Source: Okamejei kenojei
Lineage: Eukaryota
NCBI GenBank assembly: GCA_035221665.1
Contig: CM069165.1
Span: 19,902,001 to 19,966,000 of the forward strand
DNA: 64,000 bases
Reading direction: 5' to 3'
The notes beneath the pieces were generated by a model. The model made no database searches. It saw nothing but the letters and a program-made list of their open reading frames with translations, and was not told the origin of the DNA. This document shows, piece after piece, positions 1-12,400 of the stretch. Position numbers and translations under genes: made by a program. The first letter of the stretch is position 1. Every line of letters begins with the position of its first letter.

Positions 1-699
1 TATGTTTCTATGTATGTCTGCTTAAGGTATTGGCTCACTTATCTCAATTGATGATACAACTGCTGATGGTAGTAGCATAATGAATTCTGAAGTGTATCCT
101 ATCTGCTCAAGTTCAAACAAATGCCTCAAAACTCATTGGCCAACGGTTCATTCTACAGCAAGACAATGATCCCAGACATACTGCGAAAGCAACAAAGGAG
201 TTTTTCAAAGCTAAAAATGGTCAATTCTTGAGCAGCCAAGTCAATCACCCGATTTGAACCCAATTGAGCATGCCTTTTATATGCCGAAGAGAAAACTGAA
301 GGGGACTAGCCCTCCAAAACAAGCAGAAGCAAAAAATGGCTGCAATACAGAGCATCACCAGATAAGACACCCAGCAACTGGTGATGTCCATGAATCGTAG
401 ACTTCAAGCAGTCATTGCATTCAAAGCATATGCAACAAAATACTAAACATGACTACTTTCATTTACATGACATTGCTGTGTCCCAAACATGGTGTCCTGA
501 AATGGGAGGACTATGTATAAACACTGGTGTAATTTCTCAATGGTGAAACCAAAATGTATAAAAATGGCCTTTATTAACATTTGACAATGTGCTCTTTAAT
601 CACCTGTGATTTTTTTACTATTACAAATCTCAAATTGTGGAGTAGGGAGGCAAATAAATAAATGATGGGTCTTTGTCCCAAACATTATGGAGGGCACTG
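1..699 (+). mobile_element. Tc1/mariner (IR/DR-type) transposon, 3' part with decayed transposase and right TIR
   Basis: Decayed DDE-region coding (QQDNDPRHT..., [11 protein letters not shown]...). Ends ...cccaaacattatggagggcactg followed by TA at 700-701. Same family as 57287-58629. Confidence 0.85.
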
Positions 700-997
700 T
701 ATACTTATCTTCTGTTTGAAAACTGCTTGGGAACGTCAACAATATAAATGGGAATTATTGCATAAAGTAATCTTCCAATTTGAATGAGCAAATGATGCAT
801 TAAAGCCTTTTTTGAAGTATACTTACAAGTGCTGGTCCCATGCATTTATTTTACCTTTTTCATTTTAAGATGTCATTAAATCTGTATTATGATGCCCTAC
901 CCTCCCACATGTTGAACTTTGCAAATGGAGTTCCAGTTAGGTATTCATTAGTTTGATCACTTTAAGCAGATCTACCAATAGCCTATGAATCTTCTGA

Positions 998-1111
<114 letters not shown>

Positions 1112-1699
1112 TAGTAATTTGTAATTTAAAACATATATATAGCTATCTGATATGATTGATTGAGCATAGTTATGGCATTTATAAAGCTGTGCTTTGTCAT
1201 GTGTGAGGAATCTGCTTGAAATATAATATTGTGGCATTCAAAACAAGTGAAATATTAACATGCAGACATTGACACTTTTGAATAACAATCTCATTTTAGA
1301 AATATTTCAAAATTTCATCTAGTTTGATTTCATATTTTACCCCAATATCCTCTTTGCAGAGTAGGCATCATGGGAGAACAAGGCAATAATGTATCAAAAT
1401 ATCAAAGGCAACATGCCTCTAATCTATATTTTAATTGCAACAAGAGTTCTATGGTCAATGCATATTTTACTACTTATTCAGATGTGTGGAGCTGTAGAAG
1501 TAACCATATGGAACTTGGAAAACTTTGTCATTCAGACCTTGCGGTCTGAACAAAATGTTGTTGCCTGCAGTCATACATATGGTAAATAACAAAAACACAC
1601 AATAAACACATATTTAACACCACCACAGTGAGTTCACCAGACACCTCCTCACTGTGGTGGAAGGCAAGTGCACTATGGTGCACTTGCCTTCATATCTTG

Positions 1700-1855
1700 C
1701 CTTCAAAATATTGAGATTGAGTTGGTACGTCATTACAAAATGTGAGTGAGACCAAACTGGGAGTAATGTGTGCCGTTCTGGAAACCTGGTTATCAGAAGG
1801 ATGTCATTAAGAAAGAAAGAATATGGAAAAGGTTCTTGAGCATGTTACCCAACAG
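1700..1855 (+). mobile_element. CR1 (HER1-like) LINE ORF2 fragment, decayed
   Basis: Resembles the CR1 ORF2 C-terminal VRPxLEYCVxFWxPxYxKDVIK region (track ORF PFWKPGYQKDVIK). Confidence 0.55.
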
Positions 1856-1944
1856 CTTTACTTGCTCAGAAGACTACGGAATTCAGCTTGTCTCCAACGA
1901 CTTACCAATTTTTAAGGTGCACCATAGAAAGCAAATTATCATTT

Positions 1945-2500
1945 TAAAAAAATGTTTTAACCTATAATAGAAAAAAGAAAAGAGAAAGAAGAGAAGAATG
2001 AGAATAGTGGTGAAGTGTAGTCCGCAGTGGTTGGCGTTAGATGAATGATGATGGTTAAGTAGACTGCGTGCTTGAGAATGTGAAAAACAAAAAGAAAGGA
2101 AAGAAAAAAGAAAAGAAAACAAGGCCCCAAAGAGAAGATGGCCTTAAGAAGGGAAAGGAAATAAGTAAAAAATCCAAAGAAGGTAGAGCTAAACAAAAAA
2201 GAAAGGGAATGTGCCTAACTCATAACGATTCACACCCATCACCTAGTTCTAAAACAATAACTTACTAGGGTTATGCTGCACCATATTATACGTAACAAAT
2301 CAATAAAAGGTGACCATATTCTTAAGAATTGTTCTTGTTTTCCTGCTAGAACGAGTCTCATTTCCTCGAGATGTAATATTTCTGACATATTTGTGATCCG
2401 CATTTTAAACGTTGGGATAGGAGCGTTTTTCCAGAATTTAAGTATACGTTTTTTTGCCGTTATCAAACCATAGTTTAGGAAACATCTTTGAAATCTTTGA
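1945..2500 (-). mobile_element. L1/Tx1-clade LINE 3' end (ORF2 C-terminus plus T-rich 3' UTR)
   Basis: ITAKKRILKFWK...LEEMR...FLRIWSPF resembles the C-terminus of fish L1 ORF2. Confidence 0.65.
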
Positions 2501-3463
2501 AAGCAAATTATCAAATGCACCACAGCTTTTATGGAAGTGCTCTGCTTTGCAAAAGACTAAGAAAATGCAGAGTTGTGGACACAGCCCAGTCCATCATACA
2601 AATCAGCCTCTTCCCATCTCCACTCTCCCCCACCCCATCCCTATTGATTTCATCTACACTTCACAGTGTCTTCAATGGCATGTTATCCATTTGATAAATG
2701 TAGCTTATTGTATTTGCTTGCGCAAGTTGCAACACCAGAGAGCCTGCAGACCTACACATGGTTAACTTTGTTCCAAATTGATTGTAAATTTAGTATTGCC
2801 CAGTAATATATAAGCAGATGTGACCTATAAATCCAATTAAGATCCTCTTTGAAACTTCCTAAAGAGTGGATTGCTTTGGCAACTGCTCTACCCAAGACAC
2901 CACAAGAAATTGCAGAGATGTGGAGGTAGCTCAAAATATCATGCAAATATTTACACTATGTTTCCTTGGGAAAGCAGCAGGGATGCAAAAGCTTTAAAGT
3001 ACAGAGCACCAGATTCAAGAACGGGCTGTTGTCAGACTCTTGAGCTGACACTCATCACCTACCTTATTGTGGCCCTGGCACTTTTTTAACCTGCACTTTA
3101 TCTAGTTATACTTTATTCTGCACATTGTTCCATTTTTCTTTTGCATTACATGTTGTACTCGTTTATGGTATGATTTGACTGGAAAGTACATAAAGGTTTT
3201 GTTCTCCATCTTGGTGCACGTGACAATAATAAACTAATACCAATAGGGTGAGAAGGGGAAAGGTAAGAGGATGCGGGAGGCAATTGTTTTGTTGCACTGT
3301 GGTAGATGCTTGGAGCATGCTGCCATTCTAATCATACTTGGAAATTATTGTTGCACTGTCCCAATATGGCGATCAGAGCATGCTCACGTAGGGTTATAAT
3401 GGTTCCAGAATTTAAGAATCAAATCGGGATTTGGTCATATGCCCTACTAGGAACAGTTACTAA

Positions 3464-3709
<246 letters not shown>

Positions 3710-5434
3710 TAAAACGCATTTTATGTCTAAAAGTTAAAGGTACGTTCAAATTGATTGGAACTTGCACCAGAACTTTGAATAATTTTGGTTTTACTCTTTT
3801 AAATCAGAAATATGTAAATGCTCACTTGAAAGGTTATCATAAATATTTACCATAAATTTCCGTGCCATCATTTGGCTTTGTTTTGGCTGGGTTTGTATTA
3901 AGTAAAATGCAAGATGTCTATTTCTGCATAAACGCGATGGGTGAAGTTAATTTTATACAGGGTGTATATAATATCTATGCAGTAATAACTTCTGTATACG
4001 TGCAAGACAAAGGTACTGCAGTATAGTGACAATAATCCTGTGGTTGACATTAAAATGGCTCCAACAGTTCCTTTTACCATTTGATAAAACTGACAGGCCC
4101 TGAACTCACCTTCATTAAGCAAATGTTAGCACTTATTTTACTCGGTGTATGGGGGTGCCAACTTTTTGTGCTTTCCTTGAAGAAGGACTTGAACCCACAA
4201 CCTCTTAAGCTAAAACTAATATCTGTTGTGGCAATATTAATGCCTCCAGGAAAAAGCCCAACCTTTTTTGTCCACGTCTACTGATGGTGCAGGATTGGCA
4301 GTACTGTTACGGCTGGTGAAGCATAAAAAATACTTGCCTGTGGATCTTCTGGGGTAGGTGGAGAGGGGAGAAACCAAAGCTACAGTTAAACTTTCTGCTG
4401 CAATTAATGCAAACTGAATGGATCCAAAATTGCATCCAGTGCCTGTAAGAGTGTGAATTTTAGCTTCAAGGCCACGAAGATTTGCCAGAAAACTGTTAAA
4501 ACCATCGATTGCGCCCAAAACAGTTTATTACTTGGATATCTTCATACTTGGTTCTACTTTAAACTGTCTGAAAATCAATAGGTTGTAAAAAATAGAACAA
4601 CACTTTCAGCCAGTCTTTGATTTAAACAAATCACACATGACCACGTTAATTAATGCAAAGTCATCAAGTCTTCCATTCTTCACCATTTATTCATGGAATA
4701 ATTATTCTAAGGAGATTCACTGGTTTGCTGCAATTCTCAAGCAACGGCAGATGATGCAGGAATGAACATTACATTTGCAACTTGAAATACAATAGTTCAA
4801 ACTAGACGCAAGGAATCTTGTGAATTTGCTGTACTATCATTGGGAATTGAAGGCTGAATTGAGAGAATGGGAAAACCTTAAGGGGCTTTCACTATCTGTT
4901 GGGTTACCTCAGAAGATCAAAGATTGTGCTACAATGCTTTTAGATATATCAAATTTCATCTGAAAACTTTAAGCGGATCATGGGTATCAAACAAGTTCTA
5001 CAGATTGTACGAAAGCTTGTATGCATTTCTGTGGTTGTTTTGTAACACACAGTAAATATTTGAAGGACATGTTAAAGCATGTGAAAACAACTGTATGAAT
5101 CTCATAATCAAACAGAACTCTTGTTAACAATTGTGAAGTATGAAGGCAAGCACTCAGACTGGTAATTTGCAATTGATAATTTTGCTGAATTTATTGGTTA
5201 TTTCTTTTGTGGTGACTACATTGAAGAAAGCAGCAATGGCACAACATTTTTCTCTCCATTTTTTAACCTGGATCAGTTACGCAGGAGGCTTGTGTGTGGG
5301 AATTGCAATGGATAAGAGACCCTCGGAGCAGCCAACAGCATCAAAAGTACAATGGAGGCATGGTATTAGAAATGTATGGAAGAGAATAAACATGCAGTAA
5401 ATTATTTAAACATAGAAGAGACTATCCACCAACA

Positions 5435-5665
5435 ATACAGCTGGTAGAGCTGCTGTGTCACAATACCAGAGACCTGGGTATGATCCTGACTTTGGGTACA
5501 GTCCGAAGTTTACATTCTCTCTGTGACTACATGGGTTTCCTCCCACATCCCACAGGTTTGTAGGTTAATTGTAAAATGACCTTCGAAGACTGGATGGATG
5601 AGATAACAAAACTAGTAAGCTGGTGATCAAAGGGCCTGTTACAATCCTATATCTTTAAACCAAAC
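5435..5665 (+). mobile_element. tRNA-derived SINE (HE1/V-SINE-like), degenerate
   Basis: tRNA-like head (tggtagagc...gggtatgatcc), then gggtttcctcccacatcc...gtttgtaggttaatt core. Similar to 25195-25390 and 60170-60652. Confidence 0.6.
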
Positions 5666-5992
5666 TATGTTTACATTTGTATTAGTGAGAAGAAAAAAAT
5701 CATTAAGGAATAAGAAATGTAGTCTTGTATTTAGTGCAGGACAACCTCAGCATTCTGTGGTTGTGCTGCTTCTTGGAAATTAAATGGGAAAGAGAAGTTG
5801 ATTTTAAATTGTCATCATCTACTTCAAATATTTATCCACTTGTCCCATGAAAGCGCCAGGAGTCTCCTAACAATGTCTAAAATGCGTATGTTGCATTGAA
5901 ATGAACTTAATCACTAATAACTAGACTTGAGCAGCTGTGAAGCATTACAAGATTTTGCCTTTTGGACCTCTTGCACAATTAACCTTATGTGA

Positions 5993-6202
<210 letters not shown>

Positions 6203-7802
6203 TAATTTTTTTTAATAACAATTTGAAACAGCATTTTGTTCAGCAATGCAGAAAAGTGTGAGTGTGAATGTGTGTTCAAAAAGTAAATGAGAAAGTGCAA
6301 AATATTTGTTCTGTTATCACAAACATGACCAGATGTTTGAAGCGTAAACTTTTGATTACATTTTTATAGCACTCCTCCCAAATAAGGAAAATGTTTTAAA
6401 ATCTACTTGTGGAAAATCAGAACACACCCTTGATACTGTGCATCTTTTGCAGGTTTTTTTGTGATTTTACTAAAACATTGAAAGTTTAGATTTTTAAGAA
6501 AATGGTGACATTTAACAGTCTAGTGAAAAATATATCATGCTAGACAAATGACTTCATGTAATTGTGGTTAAGTATTCCTTTTGTTATGTAGGTGTATTGG
6601 TTTCACATTCCAGTGTATAGAATAACAGAAAATTGAAACAGCAATATTGCTGCATATGTTTCCTCCAATACCATTTGCTGTTGTTTCATATGTGACAGTT
6701 TAAAAAAACGATTTAAAAATATCTGGATGTTCTGATGTTATAAGATAGATAGCCTGCTAGGAAGGCAAGTAATTCTAAAGAAACACATGGGCTCTTTAAA
6801 GTATGTTAAATATTGTGGAAGGAGGGTCATTGTTCAATGAGACCATGAGAATAATGTGGCTGCAATTTGAATCTATAGCCAGTGCACGAATTTACAGTTT
6901 TACCCAAGTGGGCTTAAATGAATGCTTTTGCCTCACAGCTCCAATGATTTGGCTTTTCTATCTACCTTGGATGCTACTCTCTTGCAAGCAGTTGGATTCC
7001 CAACATCCCCTCTACACGTGCTAATCTTTTTTTTTTTATCTCAAGTGTAGATAAGTGGTAAAAAGAAACAAGGGTGAGTTACTGGGCATATTAGAACAAG
7101 TTGTAAGATCACAAGGGAACCTAAATGGAAGTTGGCATGAACAGCTGCCTGGTGTCAGTGGAACCCTGGCTCTGTGTGATCAACTTTTAATTTATCTTAT
7201 AATTAAAGGGCAGAATAAAGCACATGTTCATTATCTTTGTTCATTGTAGTTGTACACATGGACGATGACAAGTTTTAAATAAATAAATTAGATTAATCAC
7301 CTTGTCATGCACATTTGTAAAGATATATCAAATACTGCAGATTTTGGAGGTACTCAACAAGTTAGGCAGCATAAGAACAGATCATAGGTCTGAAATGAAG
7401 CATCTTTTCCTAATGGAGATGCTCAAGTTGGGAAAATTATGCCATGTTGCTGAAGGAATTAAGTGTAACCATAACATTTATTTGGGCTAGATGTTTGGAC
7501 AAAATGTCACGTGTGCCTACCGTAATGGAACATTTAGAACTATTCTGAAATGTCAGTGCATTATTCAAGTAATTCATTCAACTGAGGTCTGTAGGCCATG
7601 ACAAAAGACATGTTTACAGCAAGTTGACAAAATTCACCTTAAATGTTCCCAAAGATTTATCACTGCATAGGTGCCACTAGTCTGTTTCAATTGTCTTTTA
7701 GCTGGAATGCGCCATTGTGACCTTCCAGGCCCAGACAATTTGTTTCAGAATAAGATTTTACATAAATATAATGTATAATTTAATTTTTTTCAATATAAAT
7801 TC

Positions 7803-7858
7803 AATAAAGAAAGCTACTTGCTGCAACTCCTCACAGATCACCTAGTTAAATCAATAAA
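7803..7858 (+). terminator. Candidate macroH2A2 poly(A) signals (AATAAA at 7803-7808 and 7853-7858)
   Basis: Canonical hexamers followed by U-rich sequence at the end of a repeat-free AT-rich 3' UTR. Proximal AATAAA also near 7214 and 7278. Confidence 0.45.
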
Positions 7859-7887
7859 CCACAGCTAAATTTCTTTACATTTTGATA

Positions 7888-7893
7888 TTTATT
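7888..7893 (-). terminator. Candidate GBF1 poly(A) signal (AATAAA on minus strand)
   Basis: tttatt on +, about 1.27 kb downstream of the GBF1 stop. The intervening sequence looks like a UTR. Confidence 0.45.
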
Positions 7894-9162
7894 GCTGTAA
7901 AAAGTACATTTAAATTTTCTTTAAACCATTCTTTTTATATACATTACCTATGTCTACTATCCCTCCCCCATTCTCATCCAGAGAATATGGGACAGATCAT
8001 TTAAGTTTTATCATAACCACAGAAAGTCTTGTTGCCATTTTGCACACATTAAATTAAAATCTTTGTGAAATGTACAAAATTTAGAACAAAGTAACAAAGA
8101 CTTTAAATATAGATTCTGTTGGTCTTAAGTTACACAAGCTTTGGCCTTCATGCCTATTTATGTTTTGGGTAATTTACAGCTAATTCAGGCTCTATGGGAA
8201 GCAAACAGGACAGGAATGTAAAGCAAGCTCAACATATCCACCGGCATTATTTTTTATATTACAATTTCACATCTCTAAATATAATGGTACAAGTGAAAAT
8301 CGTAACCACTGCAATTTATATTTATACACTTAATGTTTTACACTAGGTTTCCATTTAATATGCAGTATAGATACTTCCTAGAAACTGCAGACAATTGGAA
8401 ATACAAACCAAAACAATTGAACAAAAATTATTAATTGGGGTGAAAATCTAAAGTTGACAAACTTACATTTGACAACAAAAATGAGCCAAGTCTTGGGAAA
8501 GGAAATAAGCTACTACGAAATGGAACTTAACATGAGTTTTCAAAGGGTGGAATACTTTGACTCACATTTGGGTTAGGTAAAACATCCATCCTGCTGCATG
8601 ATATTTTAAAAGATCATGCATTTTATTACTGTAACAAAGTTGTTTATCTCTTGTTCTTTTGTATTATGCAACCTGAGTATCAGGGTCCTGTTGTAGCCCT
8701 TCACATTGTCACTTATCTTCTGAAAATTACTTTAAACATATAAGTTAAATAAAGGGCTACTATACAGATAACTTAATGTTAGTTTCACAGCCAAAAAACA
8801 AATTTTCATGTTCATTATAATGTGGCAAACAGCATTTTAGAAACATTGATAACTTGAGCAGACAATGAATAAAACATTGCAATGCACTACAGATGGCTTT
8901 TGCCTTCGGTCGTATTCTACATTAAATGTTTGACAGTATTTGGCGCTCAATATGGCTAATGCTCCAAAAATAAATAATGGTATCTGTGGAGCAATACATT
9001 CTTTGCAGTGATGGGATGCATGATTTCTTCACACAAATTGAACATTAGAGTCAGTTTTAAAAGGTGAGAAATTATTTTTAAAAAGCTTGACAAAAGTATA
9101 TTGTCATAATACAAAACAGAAGAACATGTTAAATAAACTGATCCTTTCCTAATCTAGAGGAA

Positions 9163-9428
9163 TTAGTTCACTTCAGATGCCGTTGACGTGTTGGCAGGAC
9201 GGGGTGGGGACAACAGTGGGACAGGAGATGTTGCTTCAATTAAAGCAGGATTAAGTATGATTGGTAAAGGCATAGGTGGAACACCAACTTGAAGTGATGA
9301 AGTAAGAGGGTGCAGAATTAAAGGGGACTGTGCAACTGACTGATTAACATCTGGCACGACACTCATCTTCACTGGTGTAGAGAGCGGAGTAAGGCTGGGA
9401 GTCCCTCCAACTTGCATGTGTTCAGAAT
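9163..9428 (-). CDS. GBF1: GBF1 last coding exon (DSEHMQ...[28 protein letters not shown])
   Basis: gtcctcag acceptor in phase 1, TAA stop, conserved C-terminus. Confidence 0.93.
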
Positions 9429-12400
9429 CTGAGGACAAAAAATATAATTAACGTTCATATTTTACGGAAAATAATTTAATAGGTTAAAACCAACATGCCA
9501 TGATTATATTGATTATTAACAGTAGAGATTGTATTTTGAAACCTGAAGATGCTGACCTCCTGCTGAATGGCAGAGCAGGAATTGGACGTTGTTGCTAGTC
9601 TTCAGATGGAAGCACAGAAACGGAGATTTGTTTAGAGGTGATAGGAGGTGTAGTGTTTGAAATATGCAAAATTGCATTAGCATTTGAGATAACAGTTCAT
9701 GTTACAAAATCTTCATTAACCAAGTGTAATGTTGGCTCCCGTTTAAGTTATGTAATTGAAATGACATACCACACTATTCAAATGCTTTATCTTTAAGTGC
9801 TTATTTCTCCACATGATTGAGTCATTGTTGCTGCTTTTAAAAAGCGTACAGTGCTATTTACTAACTTAATTTGGTATGTTATTTACAGGGTGCCATTTAA
9901 AAAAAAAAAAATTTCACAGACCACAAATGGGTTCACTTAATGGATGGATCATTACATTCTGGAGCCAATTTTGTGGATTTTGAATGGCATCTTTTAAAAT
10001 TAGTACAAAAGATCCCAAACTTCATTTGTAAAGGAAAATAAATTTGCTCGAAATTCCTCTCTTGCATTGCTTCAGATGGCTCTACATTAAATCGCACATT
10101 GACACAAACAGCTCATTGCTGCAGAAGTAACATAGTCCAAAAGCAGATATCAAATCTGAGCTAGTCGAGGTGTGGGGGTGCAGTTAATTTAAATGACATC
10201 TTTGGGGTGGAAAATTGCAACCTTCACGTGGTCCGCCCTGTTTCGACTAATGCAATCAACTCAACGTGCACAAACGGAAGATCAAATAGAACAAGTTGTC
10301 CAACAACTTTAGGCTGTGCACGTCACACGAAAGAAGAAGCAGTAATGATATCTTTGTGTCAATTACTTTAGATTTCATAAGAGATTATAAAACAAATCCA
10401 GCAATCTTCAACGTATCTAAGTAAATGTTAATATAAACATTAATTTCATACTGATTATTAAAGGAAGTCTATTTTAGGTTTAAAATCTTTACATATCCCG
10501 GTAGAGATTTACCCCATGATTTCAAAATCCCCTCATCTGAAAATTTGATTCATTATTTCTCGAGTTTTTTACTAAAATTGTTCACCAATCTGGCATCTTT
10601 TTAAAATCTAACGTGCTTAAGTGAGCTGATGATGTCACAATGCCTTTGCTCCTTTTCAACGCGCAGCCATGGGCTGCAAGTTACGCGGCCCAGCCCAGCC
10701 CCCCCCCCAAGCTCTGGATTGAAGCCGTTCAACACGTGATCAAGTCGCTGGGCTCCTTGCAGTTCTACAACATGGCGGCGGCGGCCGTTATTGGAAAAGA
10801 CGCAATAGTCTCCTCTGCCCGATCGTCTGTCACGCAGGTACGGAAGCCACGATCGGCCGGCCCTCTGCTGCTTTTCACAGTCCTCAGATCGCTCCGGGCC
10901 TTGCTCTGGTTCACGCCTGCCGCAGCCTAGCTCGGGCCTGGTTGGAAGGCCTGCTCTACGACCAGAGAGAGAGGGTGGGGGGGGTAGAGTAGAGAGTAGA
11001 GGGCGGGGGGGGGGGGGGGGGGGAGGGAGAGGAGAGGAGGGAGGGGCTCTCCCTCTCTGCCCCCCTTCCCGCTCTAGGGAGTGGTGAATATTGGGACCTA
11101 CGGGTGAGTGGTGGAGTATTGCGTTTGGGAACCAGCCCTCCCCCGTGACGTCACGGCCCCCCACCCCTCAATATCTACCCCCATCCTCCCCCCTCTAGCC
11201 GCGCCTGTGCAGTTGGGGGTTATGCGTGAGTGCATAGGGCGGGGGATGGGGTAAAGGGAGCGAATGAATAATATTAATATAATATCGGGGGGAGGAGTTA
11301 GTGTGTGTGTGGGGTGGTTGGTGTGTGTGTGACGCCGAAGCCCTCCCCCCCCCCCCCCCCCCCCCCCCCCCCCGAACTTTCCAACATGCGGAATGTGGGG
11401 ACACATTAATTTAGTGAACATACTCCAACCACCCATGGGGGATACATACAGTAATAAATATATCCTTGTATTGAAAAAGGATCCTCTTTCACTGGAACAC
11501 ATTCCCGATAATGAATTAAGATTAGATTAGTGTAAAATAACAAAAATTGACAAAATCAATAATTAGGTGAAATTAATTTCATTTGAATAATGGTATTTTA
11601 AATTAAACTATTAGTCATTTAAGACATTTCTTACATGGCTAACTCAATTTCATCAACTTAAAAGGTAATATTGTGATAATCAAAATGATTTGGAAAATGA
11701 TTTCATTTTTTCTGGAACCGCATAAAGACTAGATTTTTTTTTTGAAGCAGTCAGAAAGCTGCAAGGTCCAAGAGATCTGACCACTTGCAATAACTTGATT
11801 TTTCTCATTACTAGGTTGCGTTTCTCACTGGCTGGCCATTATTCAATCCACTATGATTTTCAAAATATTTTGAATTGCTCCATTTATTGTGCTAAGGAAT
11901 CTTTGTTAAATCGTTGGCATAATTCTTTGCCCTCAAGGGTGATTGGGATTTGACACCAAATTTAGTTTAATAAAGTATTTGACCATTTATTACTGCATGG
12001 CGAGCCAACACTGTATGCCCAAGCTCTGCTGTGGGACTTTTACCCAAATCTCTTGATTCATAGTGACTGGACTAAATTGTGCCGAGAGTAACAATGCCTG
12101 CAACAATTGTGATGGCAAGAGTCAGCTGGAGAAAAAAAAAGGGAAGTTGGACAACTTGAGGCAGGAAACCATAAATCAAATCTAAAGTTCAATTTCAGCG
12201 ACTTTTTATAATTAAAAGATGGAATACGACTTTGTACACCAAAGCCCTCCTGGCCTGAAAACTACTCAACTTTGCTCACCTTTGGCACAAGCCTCTGTGG
12301 GTTTTTCAGATGCTGTAATTTGACCAGATGGATTTGCATCTGAACCAGGGAGTATAGATGCTTGTCCACTAAGATGCTGCATTGAATTAGAAGATGGGTC

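Noticed and set aside
4237-4518. 93-aa minus ORF in a macroH2A2 intron, possible nested gene
   Set aside because: Non-ATG start, no recognisable domain and no convincing exon chain. It may be an ancient repeat that I cannot classify.
10200-10340. Repeat-like segment ending in aagaagaag
   Set aside because: Probably a retroposon 3' tail, but it is single-copy here and I cannot assign a family.
10601-11164. 187-aa Pro/Gly/Arg-rich ORF and overlapping ORFs
   Set aside because: Lies in a GC-rich repeat with homopolymer runs, and has no domain or splice support.
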